From contig OX597822.1 of the NCBI GenBank assembly GCA_951406725.2, positions 77,376,001 to 77,440,000 on the forward strand: a DNA stretch of 64,000 nt, read 5' to 3'. Origin of the DNA: Octopus vulgaris. Its lineage: Eukaryota. Positions 52,286 to 64,000 of the stretch are shown here, one piece after another (the stretch's first letter is position 1; every line of letters starts with the position of its first letter). The notes beneath the pieces are model-generated. The model did no database searches, had not been told where the DNA came from, and saw only the letters and a list, made by a program, of their open reading frames with translations. Both the position numbers and the translations under genes were made by a program.

Positions 52286-53137
52286 GTTGAATTTTCTGCT
52301 GCTTAAAATAAAGTATATATATATACACACACACACTCTCACACATATCTATATACATATGCATGTGTGTATATGTATATATAACACTAAAATAAATACA
52401 GAATAAATGTAGAATTTTTATTCTGTTATTTCATGGTTGCCATGAGAACCGTTTCATTGACATAGAAACTAGAATGATGTCTTTGTACATGGGACCACGT
52501 GTATGTGTGGATGGGTGAGTCTGTGTGTCTATGCGTGTGTGGATGAGTACGTATGAGGATGTCTGTGTGTCCATGTGTTCTTCAATGTCTCTTCAATATG
52601 TGTGTGTATGTGTGTTTGTGTATGGGTGTGTGTGTGTCTGTGTGTGAATATATATGTATGTGTGTGTCTGTATGTGTGCTTGTGTTTGTCTGTGTGTTTG
52701 AATATATGTGTGTGTTTGTTATGCGTATGTGTGTCTCTGTATGTGTGTGTGTGTGTGTGTAATATGTGTGTATGTGTGTGTCTGTATGTGTGTGCCATAA
52801 TATTAATGAAATATATATACACCCCTATATATATATATATATATATATTCCTCTATATATATCTATATATCCCTATATATACTATATACCTGTTTATATG
52901 TATATAATTATATGTGATTATGCAAGGTTTTATGTAAACACCTGTGGATTGTCATATGCTCACACACATACACACACACATTAATGTAAGATTTAGTACA
53001 AGAGTGCATATATCTGAATGTATAGATGTTTATAGTGGCATCAATGTAATACGTGTGAATATGCTTATGTATGTTTATAAATATATATTTGGTTAAAACA
53101 AAAGTATTGCTTTAGAATTTTTTTTTTTTCCTTTTTA

Positions 53138-53171
53138 GTTGCTATGGTAACTATTCTGTTGCCAAAGAAAC
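53138..53171. promoter_or_regulatory. Paired RFX X-box-like motifs
   Basis: GTTGCTATGGTAAC and GTTGCCAAAGAAAC, 6 bp apart. Further matches at 52436-52449 and 47767-47780. Confidence 0.4.
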
Positions 53172-53494
53172 CAGAATGATGTCTTTGGAAATGTGACTGC
53201 ACATGTGTGTTTTCGTGTGTGAGTGTGTGTATATATGGTCACAGACATCTAGAGTGTACACACTCCTATATGAATATACTATTTGGTGTATAGGCATATA
53301 TGTAGTGATATACTCCCATGTGTGCATATATATATATATATATACGTGTGTGTGTATGTATAAATATATATGTACTTATACATGTGTGTTTTCATGTGTA
53401 TGTATGTGCTCGTGAATGTACACACATCCCTGTATCAACATACCAACCGGTATATAAGTATGTTTATATGAATATACTCCAGTCTCTGTGTATA

Positions 53495-53574
53495 TAGAGG
53501 ATGGCCCAAAAATCACTGGACCATTGCAAGTTATTATATTTTCAAATGGTCTAGTGACTTCTGGGCCACCTTGC
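53495..53574. mobile_element. About 80 bp fold-back MITE (Made1-like architecture)
   Basis: GGATGGCCCAAAAATCACTGGACCATT ... AATGGTCTAGTGACTTCTGGGCCACC. The TIR resembles that of the 45666 MITE. Confidence 0.65.
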
Positions 53575-54179
53575 AAACATGTGCATGTGTATAAATATAA
53601 GTTCATTTTTACACATTTTCATGTGTATGTATCTGCTCATGGCGACATACAAATGTAAACATTTGTATAAATGCAAGCTTTTGTATGTCTGCATAAATAT
53701 ATAAATATTTGTGTTTATACACAGCACGCTGCTGGGTATATGAGTGGGCATGTGTGTGTATGTATATGTATGTACATATATATTTATATATATATATATA
53801 TATTTTTTTTGGCTTGTGTTTGTGTATATGTGCAATTTTACCTTTATGCTGTGTGTGTGTTTGTTTCAGTTTGGCTAGATATAAATTTGTGTATGCTTAT
53901 GTGTGTGTGTGTGTGTGTGTGTGTACACACACAAATAGAGGACCATATATATATTGAAAAATCATTACTAATCCAAACAAGTCATACAGAAGAAATAAAT
54001 GAAGTTGAAAATGTACAAAGAATATATAATATACTTGAATTTCAAAATAAAACATATATATATATACATGTACACACATATATAAACCCACGCTTAACCA
54101 CTTTCACACTTATACACCGGAAAATCAACAAATGTGAAACCAGCCAAGTATATATATGTATGTATGTATATATATATAA

Positions 54180-54216
<37 letters not shown>

Positions 54217-54374
54217 TATATACACACACACATACACACACACATGCGCAAATACACACACCTACATATTTAATTTAAAATTTAAAGAAATTTTCACATA
54301 TTTTGTGTGTATTTACAATCTCGCTTATTTCAAATATAAATATATATTTATATGTATATATATATATATATGTA

Positions 54375-54427
<53 letters not shown>

Positions 54428-54589
54428 AGTGAGGTTGAAAATATCGTTGCTATTATGCAGAAGTGTCAAACCACTAAGTTACAGGGATGTAAACACACCA
54501 ACACCAGTTGTCAGACGATGGTGCCGGGACAAACACAGACACACACACTTAAATACACACACACACACACACACTCACACATACTTATG

Positions 54590-54625
<36 letters not shown>

Positions 54626-55807
54626 ACAGGTTTCTTTTGGTTTCCGTCTACCATATTCACTCACAAATCTTTGGTAGGCCCATGGCTATAGTAGAAGATG
54701 CCCAAAATTCTTTTTCTGAATTTGTGTGTTGAAACAAATTTTATTGTGACTAGGGAGAGTCATTATGTCTGTTTTATTAACAGAAAGCACTGGTTGATTC
54801 CACTCCTTTATCATTAGATAATTGGTTAAATATCCAACTAACGAAGCAATTGTTTGTTTCTTTATTTGTTTTGTTTTTATTTGTCATAGCTCTTTTGTTG
54901 CTTCAAGCAACCTTTTCAATGACTTCCTTCTTAGTCTGCTATGGAGGCCACATTTGCCTGCCAGAGATGGTGTTGCTTGCATGTGCATGCATACCAGTGT
55001 GCACATGTGCTTGCATATGTATGCATATATTCTTATGCTTATTCATGTGTCTGTATGTGTGTGAGTGCTTGTGTGTTTGTGTGAGTGTGTGTTTGTGCAT
55101 GTACTTTCACTTCCTTGTGTATGTGTGTGTGTGTCTATGCATATGAGTTTGTGCATGTATGCATGTGCACCTGTTGTGTATGCATTAGTGCCTGTATGTG
55201 TCTGTGTGTATATGCAAGTGTGTGGAGTGTACATATGTATAGTCATGTGCTTCTGTCTCCTCTGTGTGTGTGTGTGTGCATGCTTTTGTGTTTGTTTATG
55301 CATGTGTCTGTTCTACCTATTTGCCTACCTACCCGTTTGCTCGCCTACCTTCCCACCTACCTACATAATTAACTAAGTGACTAACAATCTATATTACTAA
55401 CCTAACCATCTAAAACTTATCTACTTACCTATCCACCTACCTAGCTATTTACTTACTAGACTGCCTAGTTATGTATGTACCTACATACACTGTGCGGCTG
55501 GTATTTGTGGCTTTGGAGTATCCCTACCTTCTACATGTATTTCCTATTTAGTATGAGTAATTTATGAGGATGTACTCTTGTATTTGTCTAAGTGATGGGT
55601 CCTTTGGGTGTTTGGACAACATGCAGATGTCAATTTGGCTTAGTGTGAACCATGTTAATCTTTAGCTTGTTGATAGGGTATAGACGACTGTTTCTTGTCA
55701 TTGGCCACAGTCAAATGACTGAAATGAGTTTAAGAAAAAAATAAAAGAGAATATAGTTAAATTTGTCAAGTATGAGTGTTCAGCCTTCTTGGTGAACAAC
55801 CTGCAGA

Positions 55808-56515
55808 AAGCGATGAGCTGGCAGAAACATTAGCATGTTGGTTAAAATGCTTATTGGTATTTTGTCTGTCTTTACATTCCAAGTTCAAATTCCACCAAGG
55901 TCGACTTTTCCTTTCATCTTTTCGGGGTTGATAAAGTAAGTACCAGTTGCATGCTGGGTCGATCTAATTGACTGGCCCCCTCCCCACAAAAGTTTTGGAC
56001 CTTGTGCCTAGAGTAGAAAGGAATATTTAGCAGAATGAAGGCAGTGAGCTGGCACAAATGTTAGCATACCAGGCAAAATGCTTATAGGTGTTGAAGGTGG
56101 TGAACTGTTAGAAATGTTAGCACACTGGGTGAAATGCTTAGCTGTATTTCATCTGTCTTTATGTTCAGAGTTCAAATTCTGCTGAGGTTGACTTTACCTT
56201 TCATCCTTTCGGGGTTGATAAATTAAGTACCAGTTGCATACTGGGGGCTGATCTAATTGACTGCCCCCCCTCCCCCAAAACATTTCATGCCTTGTGCCTA
56301 GAGTAGAAAAGAATATTAAGCAGAATGAAGGCGGTGAGCTGAGAGAAATGTTAGCACGTCAGGTGAAATGCTTAGGGGCATTTTGTCTGTTTTTACATTC
56401 TGAGTTCAGATTCTGCTGGGTACCGACTTTGCCTTTCATCCTTTTGTGGTCGATAAATTAAGTACCAGTTGCATACTGGGGTCAATCTAATCAATGCCCC
56501 CCTCCCCCCAAAATT
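55808..56515 (+). mobile_element. Head-to-tail array of family B SINEs
   Basis: Three ~230 bp units plus a partial head, joined by the shared linker GAATATT(T)AGCAGAATGAAGGC. Confidence 0.88.
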
Positions 56516-56778
56516 AACAACCTGCAGAAATGATTTACTTATAGTGATCTCTACATTAGCTCACCCCTCCATCAAATCGTTGTTGTCTGGATAGATACAT
56601 GGTGTGCAACATGTCAGGTGTTGAAATGATTGCAGAGTAATGTGAGATGATGTGTTTCCCTCAAGAACACAACACACCACCCAGTCTAGGAATTGAAACC
56701 ACGATCTCACAATCATGAGTGCAACACCCTAACCCCTTGGCCATGTGTCCTCACACATACACACACACACACACACTT

Positions 56779-57250
56779 GACTGGTGACCGAGACTTTGGT
56801 TATATGCTGTGTTTGAGAAGACCTGTCAAGCCAAGTGAAATCATTGTCTTGGCTGATGCTGGTGTCACATAACTAGTACCCATGCCAGTGGCACGTAAAA
56901 AGCACCTTTCGAGCATTGGACCTTACGGAGGCAAAACGGCTGGTGCTGGTGGCACGTGAAAAGCACCTATCGACTGTTGGGCCTCACCGAGGCACTGAAG
57001 AATCACAGAGACCTTTGGCATTATGTCATGCTTGAAAAGAAGACCCATCAAGCCGAGCAAAATCGCAGTCATGGCAGACCAGTGTCATGGAAATGACACC
57101 CATGCTGGTGGCACATAAAAGCACTCATTACACTCTCGGAGTGGTTGGTGTTAGGAAAGGCTACCAGCTGTAGAAACCCTGCCAAATCAGACTGGAGTCT
57201 GGTGCAGCCTTCCAGCCTGGTCAAACCATCCAATGATGATGATGATGATG
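56779..57250 (+). mobile_element. RTE LINE 3' end, related subfamily
   Basis: DRDxWxYAV-like remnant, the same GTGGCACGTAAAAAGCACC repeats, and a (GAT)n tail. Confidence 0.75.
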
Positions 57251-57288
57251 TAAGCATCCTGTTTGATAAATCTATTTGACTTAACCAT

Positions 57289-57512
57289 TTAACCCTTTAG
57301 CGTTCAGATTATTCGGTTAAATCTAATGCTTATTTATTGTCTTGGATTAATCATGGATTATCTTGTAGCTTCAAGAATTTGATGATGTGGATGTTTATTT
57401 TTAGAATGACATTATAGGGAAGGTGTGAAAGGCCAGGTTTGGCCAGTTTGAGCATAAAACAGGTAGAATATTTTGACTGGATATGGCCAGTTTAAATGAA
57501 GGTTTAAGGTAT
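57289..57512. mobile_element. Different TTAA-type MITE
   Basis: Begins TTAACCCTTTAGC. Right end is eroded. About 220 bp. Confidence 0.45.
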
Positions 57513-57556
57513 AACCTCTATCACAGAAACCAGTTAAAAAAAAATTAAAATAGCAT

Positions 57557-57713
57557 AGGAGTGGCTGTGTGGTAAGAAGCTTGCTTATGAACCATATGGT
57601 TCTGGGTTCAGTCCCACTGCATGGTACCTTGGGCAAGTGTCTTCTACTATAGCCTCGGGCCAACCAAAGCCTTGGTAGACGGAAACTGAAAGAAGCCCGT
57701 CATGTATATTTGC

Positions 57714-57767
<54 letters not shown>

Positions 57768-57947
57768 ATGTTTGTGTGTCTGTGTTTGCCCCCCCCCAAC
57801 ATCGCTTGACAACTGATGCTGGTGTGTTTACGTCCCCGTAACTTAGTCGTTTAGCAAAAGAGACCGATAGAATAAGTACTAGGCTTACAAAGAATAAGTC
57901 CTGGGGTCGATTTGCCACAGTCAAATGACAGAAACAAGTAAAAGAGT
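57557..57947 (+). mobile_element. SINE family A copy
   Basis: Direct match to 50914-51340 with small deletions. Confidence 0.88.
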
Positions 57948-58341
57948 AATAGAGTAGCAAAAACAATACTGGCACTTTGCCATTTACGACAACAAGGGAT
58001 CCAGGCTGATCCAGTCAATGGAACGGCTTGCTCATGAAATTAGCATGCAAGTGGCTGAGTGCTCCACCAACTGTGTACCCTTAATCTCGTTCTCAGGGTG
58101 ATTCAGCATGACACAGAGTGTGATAAGGTCGGCCCTTTGAAATACAGGTACAACCCATTTTCGCAAGCTGAGTAGATTGGAGCAATGTGAAATAAAGTGT
58201 TTTGCTCAAGGACACAATGAGTCACCAGGAATTGAACTCATGATCTTACAACCATGAGCTGAATATCCGAAACACTGAGCCATGTACAACTACTACTACA
58301 ACTACTGCTGCTGTTGCTACTACAGCAGTAACCATTAATGG

Positions 58342-59345
58342 CTAGTCTGCGTTATTCCTTAAGCAGCTTAAAGCCAGATTCTCCGTTTCTCTGGGGTATA
58401 TACCCCTCCCTGGCCTGGAAGCTGGTTCATTGCAGGATAACTCACTTTTAACAGCTGAGTAGACTGGAGCAATGTGGAATGAAGTGTCTTGCTCAAGAAC
58501 ACAATGCATTGCCCAGTCCAGGAATTGAAACCACAATCTTACAATCATGAGTCCAACACCCTAACCACTAAGCCATGACCTCCACAGCAATGTGAAATGA
58601 AGTGTTTTGCTCAAGAACACAATGCATTGCCCAGTTCAGGAAGTGAAACCACAATCTTAGGATCATGAGTCCAACACTCTAACCACTAAGCCATGCACCT
58701 CCACAGAAATGTGAAATGTATTGCCTGGTCCAGGAATTGAAACCACAATCTTACAATCATGAGTCCAACACCCTAACCCCTAACCACTAAACCATGTGCC
58801 TCCAACTATTAATACTTTTTACTATATTTATAACAACCAAACTGAAGCAATTTGGAATGAAGTGTTTTTCTCAAGAACACAATGCATTTACAACAAGTGG
58901 TTAGAGTGTTGGACTCATGATCCTAAGATTGTGGTTTCACTTCCTGGACTGGGCAATGCATTGTGTTCTTGAGCAAAACACTTCATTTCACATTGCTGTG
59001 GAGGTCATGAGTCGAAAAGTGAAACCACAATCTTAGGATCATGAGTCCAACACTCTAACCACTAAGCCATGCACCTCCACAGAAATGTGAAATGTGTTGC
59101 CTGGTCCAGGAATTGAAACCACAATCTTACAATCATGAGTCCAACACCCTAACCCCTAACCACTAAGCCATGTGCCTCCAACTATTAATACTTTTTACTA
59201 TATTTACAACAACCAAACTGGAGCAATGTGGAATGAAGTGTCTTGCTCAAGAACACAATGCATTGCCCAAACCAGGAATCAAAACCACAGTCTTACAATC
59301 ATGAGTCCAACACTCCCCGACCACTAAGCCACAGGCCTCCACAGT
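58342..59345 (-). mobile_element. Rearranged array of family-E-related SINE heads
   Basis: About 7 tRNA-head/CORE units on the minus strand, plus one inverted unit at 58897-59009. Confidence 0.88.
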
Positions 59346-60055
59346 AACTATTAATACTTTTTACTCTATTTACAACAACCAGATTTACTTGACAAGAAGC
59401 TCCTAAGATGGCTTCTTGTCTAGAGACAAAAGACAAGACCATTTACTTTTAACCTTTTAACATTCTTCTCTTGTTCTCAGACAAATGTCAATTCCTTGCA
59501 ACTCGTTCCTACTTTTCTTCTTTCTTTGTATTATATTTGAACTTATTCTCTTCTCATTCCCATTCTTATAATTCTCTTCTCATTCCCATTCTTATAATTC
59601 TCTTCTCTCCATTTACACTTTCTACCTTTTCACCTGCTTTCTATCTTTCACATACACCTCATATCTCAATGTTCACTTATCTATCTTTTTTTTTTGTCAT
59701 TCTATCTCTCTTTCTTTCTATCAATCCATCTATCTGTCAACCTCTCTGCCTGTATTTTTACTTCTCTACCCATCCAGCTAATTTGTGTCTTTTTAATTCT
59801 GTTTAAATTTTTCTTTTTCATAAGTCTATATATATTGACTATGTCTATTTAAACCCCTCTATTAATTGTTGTCTATTTATATCTTTTTATCCATACCTAT
59901 TTATGTATCTGTCTATTTATGTCCATCTATATCTCTCTATTTAGGTCTTTTTATGATTATTTCTATCTACCTATTTCTATTTATAGCCATCTATGTGTGT
60001 GGGAGTGAGTGTGTATGTGGGGGATTGTCTGTTCATATTTGCTTATAACTATCTC

Positions 60056-60458
60056 TTTACTCTTTACTCTTTTACTTGTTTCAGTCATTTGACTGCGGCC
60101 ATGCTGGAGCACCACCTTTAGTCGATCAAATCGACCCCGAGGCTTATTCTTTGTAAGCCCAGTACTTATTCTATCGATCTCTTTTGCCGAACCGCTAAGT
60201 GACGGGGATGTAAACACACCAGCATCGGTTGTCAAGCAATGCTAGGGGGACAAACACAGACACACAAACACACATATATATATATATATACATATATACG
60301 ACAGGCTTCTTTCAGTTTCCGTCTACCAAATCCACTCACAAGGCATTGGTCGGCCCGGGGCTATAGCAGAAGACACTTGCCCAAGATGCCACGCAGTGGG
60401 ACTGAACCCGCAACCATGTGGTTGGTTAGCAAGCTACTTACCACACAGCCATTCCTGT
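60056..60458 (-). mobile_element. SINE family A copy (young)
   Basis: Reverse-complement match with many CpGs retained. Confidence 0.9.
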
Positions 60459-61049
60459 GCCTATCTGTCTATCTATATCTATTTATATCTTTCATGATTA
60501 TTTCTGTCTGCTTATTTATATCTATTTTTATTTATAGTCATCTCTCTCTCTCTCTTTCTCTCACTCTGTGTGTGTGTATATATATATATACACACACACA
60601 TCTACCTCTGTATCTATTTATAGCTGTCTATTTATATCTACCTAATGCCTGTTGCTGTCTAACTATGTCTATCTGTTAATGTCTATTTATAACTTTGTCT
60701 TCTCGTTATACCTGTATACATCTATTTATTTTTAATTGGCTAATTATGTCTGTCTACATCTGTTTGTCTATTTATATTAGCCTTCTTGTGTCAAATATTT
60801 TGTTTACCTTAAGGCAGCAAGCTGGCAGAAATGTTAGCACACCGGACGAAATGCATAGCAGTATTTTGTCTGTCTTTACATTCTGAGTTCAAATTCCACC
60901 AAGGTCGACTTTGCCTTTCATCCTTTCGGGGTCGATTAAATAAGTACCAGTTACGCACTGGGGTCGAAATAATCGACTTAATCCGTTTGTCCCCTCTGTG
61001 TGTAGCCCCTTGTGAGCAGTAAAGAAATAAGAATTGTTAGCATGCTGGG

Positions 61050-61310
61050 CCACTACCAGTTTTTGCTGGTCACCATTGAAATGTTAGGTGTTCTAGGACC
61101 CTGTGCTATCAATTTCCTCTGCAAAATAGGAACAACAGCAGTCCCTCAGAGAAATAAGACCCATGACACGGAGTGACTGCTACAGCAAGTGTTGCTGGCC
61201 ATTCTCCTCAACAACGACATCACGGTCATTACTGCAGGGCATGGCTGAGTGCCACACTTGTTCAGAGATATGTGGCCCATCGCCCCTCCTCCTCCATCAT
61301 CTGCTGCTTC
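61050..61310 (+). mobile_element. CRE-clade non-LTR retrotransposon 3' fragment nested in a SINE
   Basis: HYQFLLVTIEMLGVLGPCAINFLCKIG...*LLQQVLLAILLNN resembles the FxPxxxETLGxxG...QRLSxAxQRGN motif. Confidence 0.7.
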
Positions 61311-62885
61311 ACCCCACCCCACTTTTTTCTCTTTCTTTTCCTTTCTCCTTCCTTTCCTGTTTCTTTATAATTGTTTAGCTGCATTTCATCTGTCTTTACA
61401 TTCTGAGTTCAAACTCCACCAAGGTCTACTTCACCTTTCATCCTTTCAGGGTCAATAAATTAAGTACCAGTTGCAAATTGGGGGTTGATGTAATTGGCTT
61501 ATCCCTTCCTCTGAAACTGCTGGCCTTGTGCCAAAATTTGAAATCAACATTTTGTTTACTTATTCATTTATGTTTATCTGTCTGTCTGTCTCTCATTATG
61601 TGTGTGTTTTTATATATCTCTCTCTCTCTCTCTCAATCTGTCTATCCACTTCATCATCTTCATTTAATGTCCATCTTTCATGCATGCATGAGTAGGACAG
61701 TTGACAGGATCCGGCTAGGTAGAAAATGTACCCAAGGCTACTGTCTCTGTTTTAGCAGGGATTTTACGGCTGGATGCCCTTCTTAACACCAAACACTCAG
61801 CAGAATGGACTCAGTGCTTTTTACGTTGCCCTAGCAGATGCGAGGTTAGCTTCACAGTTGGATGCCCTTCTAAACATCAACCACATTATATTGTGGATTG
61901 GATGCTTTTAATGTGGCACCAGCACTGGCAGGGTAACTAAGTAACTCACAAGACAAGGAATTATGAAAGGGGCATTTGAGGGGGGGGGGACTTGTATCAG
62001 AAGATGAAAGGTTAGAGTGTGACAAACAGACTGAGAGACAGAAACAGGTGTCTTGCCACAACAGAGGAGGCTTTAGAGGAGGTGATCCAGTAGCAGATGA
62101 TGAAAGCTTAGAGTGTAACAGAGAAATAGAGGCAGAAATAGGTGTCTTGCTATAGAGGATGTACATGGTTACTCTGTGAGATCTATCTGACTGTTAGTTT
62201 GTAAATCCATCTAGCTTTAGATTTATCAGAAAAGCTTGTCATAGTTTCTCTAATTGACCATCTATTTTTTCTTACCTATTTTCATCCTAGTTTCTTCACC
62301 TTACTCCTGCCTCTCGCCTTTCTATCTCACTCTCTCTCTCTCTCTTAGTATGTCTTTGTCCATATCTATCACCAATTGCTTCATATCTTTCTTTTCCCAA
62401 AGGACATCAGATGAAATAGGAAACTGAGAGTGTGTGGTATTCATGCCATTCTGAAGAGAAATATCCACCATCAGGAATCAATACCTTTTCTCTTTTATTT
62501 GTTTCAGTCATGGGACTGTGCCCATTCTGGGTCACCACCTGGAAGGGTTTTAATCAAGCAAACCAACCCCTGCATTTTGTGTTATTTTATTTATTTTTTA
62601 ATCTGGTATTTGTTCTATTGGTTCCTTTTGCCAAACTGCTAAATTATAGTGACGTAAACAAACCAACACCATCAAAAGCTACCCATCAAACCAACACCAG
62701 TTGTCAAACTCCGTGTTTGTAGGTATGGCAGCCAAAACGACACACACATACAGATAGTGGGCTTCCACACAGTTTCTGTCATCAAATTCATTCCCAGAAT
62801 TGCTGGGAATGCCACATTACTCTGGATATACATTATCACACTGAGTGAAATGGTGAGAGGATCTAATGAAGGACTTATTTATACA

Positions 62886-62988
62886 ATCACCTGATGAAAT
62901 GCAGTTCACAACGGGAATGTAAGATAATGATTGCATACCTTACCTATGTACTAAAGGTGTAAAAATATGTTGAAACAATTGTAGTGAT
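62886..62988 (+). ncRNA. Type I hammerhead ribozyme motif
   Basis: ATCAC-CTGATGA-...-GAAA-C-AATT-G-TA-GTGAT. Perfect 5 bp stem I, palindromic stem III, weak long stem II. Confidence 0.75.
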
Positions 62989-63030
62989 GTTTAAATAAAG
63001 AATGCTGCTAATTCCATTTTCTATCCATTA

Positions 63031-63201
63031 TGTGGCTGTGTGGGAAGAAGCTTGCTTCCTAATCACATGGTTCTGGGTTCAGTCCCACCGCATGGCACCT
63101 TGAACAAGTATCTTCTACTATTGCCTCAGACTGACCAAAACCTTATGAGTGAATTTGGTAGATGGAAACTGAAAGACGCCTGTCATATATATGTATGTGT
63201 G

Positions 63202-63234
<33 letters not shown>

Positions 63235-63660
63235 ATGTATATATTTGTGTGTCTGTTTTTGAGCCTACCACCATCACTTGACAACTGATGCTGGTGTGTT
63301 TACAGCACCCGTAACTTAGCAGTTCGGCAAATGTGACCAATAAAATAAGAACTAGGCTTACAGAGAACAAGTCCTGGAATCAATTTGTTCAACTAGAGGT
63401 GGTGCTCCAGCATGGCCACAGTCAAATGACTGAAACAGGTAAAAGAATAAAAGAATACATATATGTATACACACACACGCATACACACACACACACAACA
63501 GCCTTCTTTCAGTTTCTGTCTACTAAATCTATTCACAAGGCTTTGTTTAGTTGTTGAGCTTGAGTAGAAAACATTTGCTCGAGGTGCCATGCAGTGGGAC
63601 TGAACCTGGAATCACGTGGTCGGGAGGCAAACATCTTACCACACAGCCACACTTGCGCCT
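63031..63660. mobile_element. Tail-to-tail pair of family A SINEs
   Basis: Plus-strand full copy at 63031-63455 and minus-strand 5' half at 63498-63660. Confidence 0.85.
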
Positions 63661-64000
63661 ATACCAGCGTATTGTTGATACATAATTCATCGACCCTGGA
63701 AGTTAACAGCCAGTGATGAGGTTTGATCTCAAACACTGCAGGGCAGATAAAGTGCTACCAAAAATGCTGCCGCTGCACGATATCTTTACCATTGCCTGCC
63801 TGAATCAGCAAATGTTCTGTGACTGTGACTACACTTCACTGTCACAATCCCCTCCACCACCACCACCACCACCATCATCAATTCTTATCATTGTCCATAT
63901 CATCAACGTTATTGATCCTCATAATGATTGTCATTGCAATCATCACCACCATCTTTCTTTTCACCATCATCACCATCACCACCACCATCATCACTAGACC

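Noticed and set aside
53118-53200. Plus-strand splice-acceptor-like sites (also about 21037 and 54889)
   Set aside because: No consistent donor or coding frame links them, and polypyrimidine-AG is common in such AT-rich DNA.
59391-59420. 10 bp hairpin GACAAGAAGC/GCTTCTTGTC as a terminator
   Set aside because: Eukaryotic context and isolated. A short stem like this is plausible by chance in 64 kb.

Overview
Very AT-rich, microsatellite-saturated animal genomic DNA. The repeat families resemble those of a coleoid cephalopod such as Octopus (inference). Almost all ORFs in the supplied track are artefacts of (TA)n/(CA)n/(TATG)n repeats. One credible host gene is visible: a minus-strand ORF (34194-35399) encoding an FN3-domain single-pass membrane protein, apparently inside one large terminal exon. 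The rest is transposon debris: several tRNA-derived SINE families, RTE LINE 3' ends, CRE and R4/Dong-type fragments, a decayed DD34E Tc1 element, and mariner/pogo/piggyBac-type MITEs. The most striking unexplained signal is about 13-15 type I hammerhead-ribozyme motifs (CUGANGA...GAAA...NUH, usually with a tiny palindromic stem III). They sit in short Penelope-like, often fold-back elements inserted in simple repeats. At two loci a tRNA-derived head reads directly into a hammerhead-bearing tail, which suggests Penelope-mobilised, ribozyme-carrying SINEs. All calls come from reading the sequence by eye, and repeat boundaries are approximate.
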